From Clostridia bacterium (GTDB lineage Bacteria; Bacillota; Clostridia; Monoglobales; Monoglobaceae), in assembly GCA_045576435.1 (NCBI GenBank), contig JAZNGL010000032.1:1-60542 (forward strand): DNA of 60,542 nt, given 5' to 3'. The position numbers and the translations under genes are program-made. Under the pieces are notes generated by a model. The model did not search any database. It had not been told where the DNA came from and was given only the letters and a program-made list of their open reading frames with translations. Position 1 is the first letter of the stretch; every line of letters starts with the position of its first letter. Shown here one piece after another: positions 1 to 7,434 of the stretch.

Positions 1-76
1 TAATATTAAATTTTGTCTAAACTTTTGGGTTCACTTCATTTTTAAAACGGCGGTATTTTATTAATTTTAATGGATT

Positions 77-352
77 TTAAAGAATATATTGAAGAATGGC
101 AATCAATATAATTCCCGGAACACCTAAAAGACCTGTTGTTAATGCGGTTAAAGGGTTAACAATTATATGTATGCCGGCAAAACCACCAACGAAATTAACG
201 GCAACAAGGATAAGTCCGCCAATAACGCCATTTAAAAATAATTTTAAAGTCCATTTAAGTGGTTTGATAAAAATGCGACACACAAAAAACACCATAACAA
301 GCCCTAAAGTGTAAGCCATAATAGACATACCATCAAATATCAAAAGTACCAC
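77..352 (-). CDS. bofA: BofA-family protein (inhibitor of pro-sigma-K processing)
   Basis: 91-aa two-TM ORF. The KPLKW...NFVGGFAGIH..NPLT..GLLGVPGI motif string parallels B. subtilis BofA. Start uncertain: GTG at 352 has its SD too close; ATG at 328 or 319 are alternatives. Confidence 0.75.
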   Translation of the reverse strand: MVLLIFDGMSIMAYTLGLVMVFFVCRIFIKPLKWTLKLFLNGVIGGLILVAVNFVGGFAGIHIIVNPLTALTTGLLGVPGIILIAILQYIL

Positions 353-416
353 ATCCTTGCCAAGAGTAAATATCTTATTACTAAGATATACACAACTTGT
401 CTCAAGTATGACGGAT

Positions 417-1310
417 TTATTTTAAAGTTGCAACATATTTTTTAACTAAGAAAGCAGGATGATATGATTCTTTAGCACGACGCAAGCCTTCGAGCCCCAT
501 GTCTTCTTCGCGGTTAACATATTCAAAGTTCTGCCATTCATGAAGAAGAAATTGGTTGTTTATTGTGGCAAAACTACCGGTGAATGCTGTATTTGCATGC
601 TCAAGATGTATGACTGCCACAGAGGCGTTGTTGCAAAGAGACTCACCAAATGAAAATGCAACCATTTCGTCATTAACAGTTATGCAACCACCAACAATAT
701 CAAGCTCCTGCCAATGTTGCAAAAGTTCAGAAACAGCCTCATATTGCTCGTCTATACCGGGAATATCATTGCGCTTTGTTTCGCACCAACGTTCAAACAT
801 TTGCATACATTGGTCACGATATTCCGGGGTCATTGTGTGATATTCATAATCATAAGTTGACTTAAAACGATTAACATGGTTTCGCTTGCTGTGATATTTA
901 TTTCCGGAAAGCTCAATCAAATCGGAAGTGCGGTAAACATAATCATGGCTATTGCGATCTTCTGTAAAAATAAAAGTGTCAGGAAAAAGCTCTTCCAATT
1001 CATAAATAGATGACTCATTATATAGCCTGATAAGAGGTGGTTCGCCGATGGAATGAAAAAAATCAAGAATTTTTTCGATTGCGACTTTGGTATTGCCCAC
1101 ACCCAAAGGATAGGTTGCACTTCTCGGGCCATCAAGGTGTTTTGGCATGATTGTGAGCATTCCTTCAACTATTGCATATTGCATATCATAGCTTTTTCGC
1201 CACATGAAAAGGTTTGTGAACGTGAATTCAGAATTCATTGTGGAGTTGTTTTTAAAATATGAATTTAAAATTGCCTTGTCATCAAGGGTGATTTTTTTAA
1301 GCTCAAGCAT
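417..1310 (-). CDS. DUF2156 / LPG-synthase C-terminal-like (GNAT-fold) protein, function unknown
   Basis: About 297 aa. Resembles stand-alone DUF2156 proteins (MprF C-terminal-like) in size and in its N-terminal FTFTNLFMWR-type motif. ATG at 1310 is preferred: GAAAGG lies 9 nt upstream, and the track start at 1319 is TTG. Confidence 0.6.
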   Translation of the reverse strand: MLELKKITLDDKAILNSYFKNNSTMNSEFTFTNLFMWRKSYDMQYAIVEGMLTIMPKHLDGPRSATYPLGVGNTKVAIEKILDFFHSIGEPPLIRLYNESSIYELEELFPDTFIFTEDRNSHDYVYRTSDLIELSGNKYHSKRNHVNRFKSTYDYEYHTMTPEYRDQCMQMFERWCETKRNDIPGIDEQYEAVSELLQHWQELDIVGGCITVNDEMVAFSFGESLCNNASVAVIHLEHANTAFTGSFATINNQFLLHEWQNFEYVNREEDMGLEGLRRAKESYHPAFLVKKYVATLK

Positions 1311-1327
1311 TTTTAACAACCTTTCTT

Positions 1328-1933
1328 TTATTCAATATATTGACGGATGCGGAAGTCAACACCGCAATTCTTTGCAATTCTGCGACATTCCTCAATTTCT
1401 TCTGCTGAAATATCATGGTCAACAATTGATAGCACAACTTTTGGAACATATTTTTTTGCCTTAATTGCAAAATCCTGAAGCTCAAGAAAAGCTTCTTTCC
1501 CGAAACAACTTTGACAAATCTCGTCGTAACGCTCAGGAGTCGCGGCGTTTAAACTGATTGATATACAATCAATAATATTTTCAAAACGAGGGGTGATGTC
1601 AGTTTTTGCAATTAGATTTGCTTGCCCGTTTGTGTTGATGCGAATAGGTAAATCAGGATATTTCTTTTTGAGCCAGGATGCAATTTCAATACATTCATCA
1701 AATCTCATGAGAGGTTCACCATATCCACAAAAAACAACAGAGCTATATGCTGAAATATCCCGTTTTTCAAAATCTGCTTTAATTTCATCAATGCTTGGCT
1801 CACGGTCAAGCCATAAGTCATCTTTGCCATTAATACTGTCGTGATTGTTGCGAATACAAAAAATACAATTGTTGCTGCAACGATTTGTCAGGTTCACATA
1901 TAGTGCACCCTCAAGCTCATAGGTTATTGTCAT
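1328..1933 (-). CDS. small radical SAM protein (TatD-associated radical SAM family-like)
   Basis: CSNNCIFC (CxxxCxxC) cluster near the N-terminus; about 200 aa. ATG at 1933 has AAGGA 9 nt upstream; ATG at 1942 abuts the SD. Confidence 0.7.
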   Translation of the reverse strand: MTITYELEGALYVNLTNRCSNNCIFCIRNNHDSINGKDDLWLDREPSIDEIKADFEKRDISAYSSVVFCGYGEPLMRFDECIEIASWLKKKYPDLPIRINTNGQANLIAKTDITPRFENIIDCISISLNAATPERYDEICQSCFGKEAFLELQDFAIKAKKYVPKVVLSIVDHDISAEEIEECRRIAKNCGVDFRIRQYIE

Positions 1934-1985
1934 AAAAATCATTCCTTTATCTTTAGTATACTCAAAGCTATAAATATTTTTCCTG

Positions 1986-4355
1986 CTATGCGAGGAAAAC
2001 TTCGTTTAAGTCGGTGAATATTTTTTTAGCCATATCTGCAATGTGTGAATGGCAGGTGAAAAACAAAATCTGGGAAATAGAACCACTATTTTGCAGATAG
2101 TTTTTCAAAAATTCAAGTGCTTTCCAACAACTTTCTTCGTCATATTGCGATAAGATATCATCTAGAAAAAGAGGTAAGTTTTCGTGGTTTTCTGCAATCA
2201 CATCTGTTGCTGCTATGCGAAGTGCGAGATAAACTTTGTCGATTTCACCCTGGCTAAGAAACTTCCATTCATGATATTCAGAATCGAGATTGTGCTTGGC
2301 CTGAATTTCTAAATCGCGTGAAACCAAAACTTCACTATATTTTCCGTCAGAAATTTCATTCAGATAGTCGCCTGTTTTTTTGTTCAGGTATGGACCGAGT
2401 CCGTGATTTGTTTCGGATATTGCCATATCGAGAGTTTCTATTGCGAGAGTTAAGTTTTCATAGCGGTTTTTGAGAAATGCGAGTTTCTTTGTTGTTTCAT
2501 CTATGCGATTGTTTATTTGGCTGATGCTGGTTTTAGGAGCTTTTTTAAGCATATAAAGCTCTTTCAGATTTGATCTCAGCACATTTATTTTATCTTCAAT
2601 TTCATCATAATTTATATCACTGAAAGAAGTGTCGTCCGTTCCTGCGTTAACAAGATTATTAAGTGCTTCAACCTGATTTGTAATTGAATTTAATGAAACA
2701 TTATCCACGTTCAGAGAAGTTGAAATTGTTTCTATATCGTGTGAAACGCTGTCGAGCTCAGAAAGCTGTTGGTTGATATCTGCATATGTTTTTTCTGCAT
2801 CAATATAGCTTGTTGTTTCAAAAATAGAAGAAATGCAGGACACAAACTGAGCTTTCAAAGAATCTACGTTGTTTGTGGCATTTAAATATGCGGAGGAAAT
2901 AGATGAGATTTTATTAGTTAACTCTTCTAAGCTTAAACAATCATATTGAGAAAGCTGAGCATAAAAAAGTTCACTTTCCGAATTGAACTTGCTCGTTAAT
3001 ATTGCTTCTATGTTGTCAGGAGAAAAATCCGAGCAAGAAGCAGGCAGACACTGTAATTTTTTAAATATTATATCATCAATCTGCGAATTTAAGGCTTTTA
3101 CATTTTCGTCGGTTGAGGCTTTTTCTTCTGCATTAAAACTCAGTCTAATTGAAAATATGGCTGAGATGACCGAAAACAGAATTAGAGAAAAACCGGCTAT
3201 ATGCACAAAGACACCAAGAAAGACAGATGCAAGCAGTGATAGAATTGAGAAAACAAGCCAGAAAATTCTTTTTGATTTAATACGCGCCTTTGCTGATTCT
3301 AATGCCTTGTTATATTCTGCTTGAAGAGGCTTTATTTCAGAATTTATACACTCAATATCTGCTTTGATAAGATTGATGCTTTTATCCATATCTTTTAAAA
3401 GTGACAAACTATTTTCAGAAATAAGATTTTGCTGTTTGTTAGAAAAATTATGAGCATTTGATATGGCATCCAGCAATGTGTGCTTAATGCTGGTGCATTC
3501 AGCATGAACTGAACGTAAAACACCCAGGTTTGAGCAATATTTTTTGAGATGCGAAAGTTTTTCTTGTCTTTTTAAAAGTTTATCCTGTAATAAACGATAG
3601 GCGGTTAAGGATTTTGCCGCATTCTTCACGTTTTTCAGATTATCAAGTTTCTTAATTTCGACTTCGAGTTGATTTGTTTTTTCAGCTAATATTTTTTGCT
3701 CATCTTCAAAAGCTAAAAATGACTCTTTTTCTTGAATAAGACTTTCAAGCAGAGCTTCTGTTTCAACTAAAATACCTTTTTTGCCGCTTTTTGACACAAG
3801 CTCCTCTTTTGCGGCATTAAGCCGGGAAGAAACCACTTTTTGCGAAATATTTTCGTCACCTGAAACAGAGAGATTTGCAATTCTCATGGCAAGTCCGTCG
3901 CTTGAAGCATCTGACGAAAAACCGCTTGATTTATCAACAAAAACACTGCGTTCAAATTCACCCAGTTCCATATCAAAAAAAACAGAACCAACTTCACGCT
4001 CATTTGAAAAGGGGAGTGTTTCAGACGTTGAAAGATTATGAATGGTTATTTTATCACTTGCAGTAGATTTTTTAAACTCTTTATAAAGACGAATAGAGTT
4101 TCCATTTGATTCAAATTCAATAGCCCCTGCCATTTTGGAATTGTTCCATGGAGTATATTTTTTTCGCGGGTTTTTGAGAATATCTGAACTCTTACCCGCT
4201 CCGCAATTACCATAAAACATTAGTTTTATGAATGACATGAGTGTGGATTTTCCCTCACCATTATTGGCGTGAATAAGATTAAAACCTTCGTTAAAAGATA
4301 TGACTTTGTTTGAAAACTTCCCAAATCCTGTAATATCAATTTTTTTAATTATCAT
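1986..4355 (-). CDS. Rad50/SbcC-like AAA ATPase with central membrane hairpin (YhaN/SbcE-like)
   Basis: Walker A NNGEGKST, ABC signature LSQGEIDK and Walker B LPLFLDDILSQYDEE. Long coiled-coil-like arms and a 42-aa hydrophobic hairpin. GAGGTGA SD; the start overlaps the upstream nuclease gene by 11 nt. Confidence 0.75.
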   Translation of the reverse strand: MIIKKIDITGFGKFSNKVISFNEGFNLIHANNGEGKSTLMSFIKLMFYGNCGAGKSSDILKNPRKKYTPWNNSKMAGAIEFESNGNSIRLYKEFKKSTASDKITIHNLSTSETLPFSNEREVGSVFFDMELGEFERSVFVDKSSGFSSDASSDGLAMRIANLSVSGDENISQKVVSSRLNAAKEELVSKSGKKGILVETEALLESLIQEKESFLAFEDEQKILAEKTNQLEVEIKKLDNLKNVKNAAKSLTAYRLLQDKLLKRQEKLSHLKKYCSNLGVLRSVHAECTSIKHTLLDAISNAHNFSNKQQNLISENSLSLLKDMDKSINLIKADIECINSEIKPLQAEYNKALESAKARIKSKRIFWLVFSILSLLASVFLGVFVHIAGFSLILFSVISAIFSIRLSFNAEEKASTDENVKALNSQIDDIIFKKLQCLPASCSDFSPDNIEAILTSKFNSESELFYAQLSQYDCLSLEELTNKISSISSAYLNATNNVDSLKAQFVSCISSIFETTSYIDAEKTYADINQQLSELDSVSHDIETISTSLNVDNVSLNSITNQVEALNNLVNAGTDDTSFSDINYDEIEDKINVLRSNLKELYMLKKAPKTSISQINNRIDETTKKLAFLKNRYENLTLAIETLDMAISETNHGLGPYLNKKTGDYLNEISDGKYSEVLVSRDLEIQAKHNLDSEYHEWKFLSQGEIDKVYLALRIAATDVIAENHENLPLFLDDILSQYDEESCWKALEFLKNYLQNSGSISQILFFTCHSHIADMAKKIFTDLNEVFLA
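3141..3266 (-). other. predicted double transmembrane hairpin inside the Rad50-like ATPase
   Basis: IFWLVFSILSLLASVFLGVFVHIAGFSLILFSVISAIFSIRL: 42 mostly hydrophobic residues flanked by basic residues. Confidence 0.6.
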
Positions 4356-5475
4356 TAAGTTTCACCTCGCGTTCAAATGCCAAAAGACCTAATTTGAGAG
4401 CATTTTGGATGTTTTCCGCTTCGATATCTGATGCATTTTCAAGCTTTGAGAGCATTTTTTTAACAAAAATGCCTTTTAGAGATGTTTCATCTGCAAAGGA
4501 GCAAATACTGTTAAAGTCAAGCTCGGTTTCATCGAAAACATCGCAATATGAAAGATAATCAGCAAGAAAAGCTTTAATGCTGTTTAAATTGATAATAACA
4601 TCAGAATCAACACAACCAAACAGAGTTAAGCGATATAAATTATCACCAAAACTATCGGAATATTTATCTTTTAAAAATTCAAGAATTTTTTCTGCTATTT
4701 GAATAGAACTGGAAAGAGAAGAAACATCAAAACGCTCAAAAATATATTTTCTGGAGGAAAGCTCCCTGTATTCAAGTTGACAAGAACCTTTGCCGAGCTC
4801 ACCAATATAAATACCCTTACTTCCATCCTCGTCAAAACCCTTTCCGTCAGGGCACCCACAATATGAATAATAGGTGTTTCCTGATTTCAGAATTTCCGTT
4901 CTTTTGTGAATATGACCAAGCGCAAGATAATCAAAACCACAGTTTTCAATTTGCTTAACAGAAATAGGATTATAGCAACTTTCGGATAAATCACCAAGAA
5001 GTTCGCCGTGCATAATGCAAATATTAATCATGTCAGCGGGTAGGTCGTTTGTTGCACTAAGAAGTGACAGATTTTCAAAACGGTCTGTGAAACCTGCCCC
5101 CCATAACCGCACATTTTTTTCAGGAAAATCAAAATATTCGACAAATGAGGTGAAAATTCGCACATTTTCAGGAAAGTTGTGTTTGAGGTAAACAGAGCCC
5201 AAACAAGCATAGTCGTGATTTCCCGAGACAATAGCAATGATAGTGTCGGGAATCTGTGAAAACATGTGAATAACATCTGCAACATCATCAGCAGATGGGA
5301 ACGGCGTTTCAAACAGGTCTCCTGCGATAAGCAAAAAATCTATTGATTCGGTTTTACACATGTTTATAATCTTATAAAAAGTGTTTTTAATTTCAAAACT
5401 ACTTTTTTCACTTAAATATGATCTTGATGAACCAATATGACAATCAGCAGCATGAAGAATTTTAACAGTATTCAT
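4345..5475 (-). CDS. metallophosphoesterase, SbcD/Mre11-like DNA repair exonuclease (YhaO-like)
   Basis: LHAADCHIG, GDLFE, GNHD and MHG..L motifs of calcineurin-like nucleases. True start taken as MNTVKILH (ATG 5475, AAAGGA 9 nt upstream). The 32-aa upstream extension in the track is AT-rich read-through. Confidence 0.8.
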   Translation of the reverse strand: MNTVKILHAADCHIGSSRSYLSEKSSFEIKNTFYKIINMCKTESIDFLLIAGDLFETPFPSADDVADVIHMFSQIPDTIIAIVSGNHDYACLGSVYLKHNFPENVRIFTSFVEYFDFPEKNVRLWGAGFTDRFENLSLLSATNDLPADMINICIMHGELLGDLSESCYNPISVKQIENCGFDYLALGHIHKRTEILKSGNTYYSYCGCPDGKGFDEDGSKGIYIGELGKGSCQLEYRELSSRKYIFERFDVSSLSSSIQIAEKILEFLKDKYSDSFGDNLYRLTLFGCVDSDVIINLNSIKAFLADYLSYCDVFDETELDFNSICSFADETSLKGIFVKKMLSKLENASDIEAENIQNALKLGLLAFEREVKLNDN

Positions 5476-5649
5476 TTTTGCAAATCCTTTCATTAGAACA
5501 TAAAATAAGTATATCACGAAAATTAAAAAAAAACAATACAATACAAAGAAAAAAGCAAAGATGATTTTCAACTAAAAAATGACATTAATAACTCTTTCCG
5601 CAAAAAATTAAAAATTTGTAAATTTTGATAAAAAAACCATATTAATACA

Positions 5650-5678
5650 TTGACAGTTTATAAAAAATATGATAAAAT
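5650..5678 (+). promoter_or_regulatory. sigma-A-type promoter of the SLH/lyase operon
   Basis: TTGACA (5650-5655), 17-nt spacer, TGaTAAAAT extended -10 (5673-5678), about 65 nt before the GTG at 5743. Confidence 0.5.
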
Positions 5679-5742
5679 CTTAACACAGAGAATTTCGTAA
5701 ATTATAAAATTTAGATAAAGCGAAAAAACGGAGGGAAAGAAA

Positions 5743-7431
5743 GTGAAAAAAATAATTAAAACTATGTCGTGTCTGGTGCTTTGCGCATCAATGGTGACGA
5801 CATGCTTTGCCGCAACAGGAGAAATCAGCTATAATGGCGGTGAAGCAGAAGTTGTTTTCACGGGAAAAGCAAGTGAAGAGAGAGCAGGGCAGATAGTGAC
5901 GGTAAAGATAGTTGACAAAGATGCAGATGGAGATGCGGCTGTAGATTCACTTGCAGATATTGTTTTTACCCGACAGACAACAACAGATGAAGAAGGTAAA
6001 TACATACTGAATGCAGATTTTAGTGCAACAGGCGATTTGGAAGCAACGGTTGCAGTAGATGGCGAAACAGCAACAACAACACCGATATATAAGTCGACAG
6101 TTAGCGAGGTTTCAACAACAATAGGAAAACTTAACGGAGGAACAACTGTTGCAACAATAGTTAGTGATTCAATAAGCAATCCTGTTGCAGAAACAGACCG
6201 AAAAGTTTTGGGAGTAGATAGAGTTGAGTTCACCACCAATAATGCTAGTGGACTTTTGTCGGCAGTGTTAGATGCAGAAAAACCATTTTCAACAACAACA
6301 TTAGCAGACTTTAAGGGAGCATATAACAAAGGATTGTTCTTTGTTAGCATTGAAGGAGGAGCAAGTGCAGCAGAGATTTTAGGAAAGATGGAAGCACTTG
6401 GAGAAGAACTTGCAGCAGCAACTCCGAAGAAGAAAGCACAGCTTCTTTTTGAAGGTTATAGCGAAGCAGAAAAGCTTTCGGTAATAGAAAAGCTCAGGTC
6501 AAAGAGAATATCAACAAACACAGGGTTCTATAATGCACTTTATGATGCGGTTGTAATCAAAGAATTAAATGAAACAACAAACGATGATGAAAAGTTTGCG
6601 ATAATGGAAGAAAACAGCGATTATCTCGATGGAGTTTTAACAAGAACAGTCGCAACATATAAGGCATTGCCACAGTTTGAAGGATTTAAGAGTGCATTGT
6701 TTGCAGGAACAATTAACAGTGTGGCAACACTTAAAACCCAATGTGAGGCGCTATATCCAACATATTCTGAAACTACCGACGACGACGGCGATGATGACGG
6801 CGGCGGCGGCGGAAGCGTTGGCTTCGAGCCGAAACCACCGATATCAGTTGGAAGCGGATTATTCCCGAAGCCTGACGCTTCAGGAGAAGGATATTTCAAT
6901 GACCTTGCGGGATATGAATGGGCAGTAGAAGCAATACATAATCTTGCAGATAAAAAAGTAATAAACGGAAAAGGCGATAAGTTGTTTGCACCAGCAGACA
7001 ACGTAACAAGAGCCGAGTTCGTTAAGATATTAATCGGAGCATTAGGAATTAGCGCAGAGGACAAAGGAATAAACTTCAGTGATATTCCAAAGAGCCATTG
7101 GGCATATGAATTTGTGAAGATAGCTGCATCAGCAGGAATAGTAAATGGAGTTAGCGATGGAGTTTATGGAGCAGATGCATTGATATCAAGAGAAGATATG
7201 GCAGTAATGTGTTATAGAGCTCTTGAATATGCAGAGGGTGACTTAACCACAAACAAAACAGTAACTTTTGAGGATGCAGGAGCAATATCCGAATATGCAG
7301 AAACAGCAGTAGATGCACTCAGCGGAATGGGAATCATAAACGGAAAAGGAAATGGCGTTTTTGATCCTAAGAATGTTGCAACAAGAGCTGAGGCGGCAAA
7401 AGTAATATATTCGCTTCTTGGGAGGATATAA
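5743..7431 (+). CDS. secreted SLH-domain cell-surface protein (N-terminal Ig-like plus helical region, D/G linker, three C-terminal SLH repeats)
   Basis: GGAGGG SD and GTG start. Signal peptide MKKIIKTMSCLVLCASMVTTCFA. Poly-D/G linker, then three SLH-type repeats. Confidence 0.8.
   Translation: MKKIIKTMSCLVLCASMVTTCFAATGEISYNGGEAEVVFTGKASEERAGQIVTVKIVDKDADGDAAVDSLADIVFTRQTTTDEEGKYILNADFSATGDLEATVAVDGETATTTPIYKSTVSEVSTTIGKLNGGTTVATIVSDSISNPVAETDRKVLGVDRVEFTTNNASGLLSAVLDAEKPFSTTTLADFKGAYNKGLFFVSIEGGASAAEILGKMEALGEELAAATPKKKAQLLFEGYSEAEKLSVIEKLRSKRISTNTGFYNALYDAVVIKELNETTNDDEKFAIMEENSDYLDGVLTRTVATYKALPQFEGFKSALFAGTINSVATLKTQCEALYPTYSETTDDDGDDDGGGGGSVGFEPKPPISVGSGLFPKPDASGEGYFNDLAGYEWAVEAIHNLADKKVINGKGDKLFAPADNVTRAEFVKILIGALGISAEDKGINFSDIPKSHWAYEFVKIAASAGIVNGVSDGVYGADALISREDMAVMCYRALEYAEGDLTTNKTVTFEDAGAISEYAETAVDALSGMGIINGKGNGVFDPKNVATRAEAAKVIYSLLGRI
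6892..7425 (+). other. three tandem SLH (S-layer homology) repeats
   Basis: FNDLAGYEWAVEAI..VINGKGDKLFAPADNVTRAEFVKIL; FSDIPKSHWAYEFV..GIVNGVSDG..ISREDMAVMCYRAL; FEDAGAISEYAETAV..GIINGKGNGVFDPKNVATRAEAAKVIYSLL. Confidence 0.8.
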
Positions 7432-7434
7432 CAT

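Noticed and set aside
370-389. ATATCTTA-ttac-TAAGATAT hairpin between the DUF2156 gene and bofA, as a possible terminator.
   Set aside because: The stem is all A/T, 8 bp long and has no following U-tract on the minus strand. It is too weak to call.
1986-5475. Rad50-like ATPase plus nuclease pair as a possible phage-defence module (Lamassu/Gabija/OLD-like logic).
   Set aside because: Motifs, size, the membrane hairpin and the nuclease-then-ATPase order match the conserved Firmicute yhaO/yhaN repair pair. No defence-island neighbours are present. It is kept only as a context oddity in the findings.
5476-5571. 32-aa hydrophobic N-terminal extension (MKIIFAFFFVLYCFFLIFVIYLFYVLMKGFAK) on the SbcD-like nuclease ORF. 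It could be read as a membrane anchor.
   Set aside because: It is a translation of AT-rich promoter DNA. A good SD (AAAGGA) precedes the internal ATG at 5475, and the metallophosphoesterase motif starts right after it. Homologs begin at this point.
6775-6816. Trinucleotide runs (GAC)3...(GGC)4 in the D/G linker of the first SLH protein, as a possible slipped-strand phase-variation tract.
   Set aside because: The repeats are short and in triplet units, so slippage would stay in frame. This is consistent with a flexible linker rather than an on/off switch.
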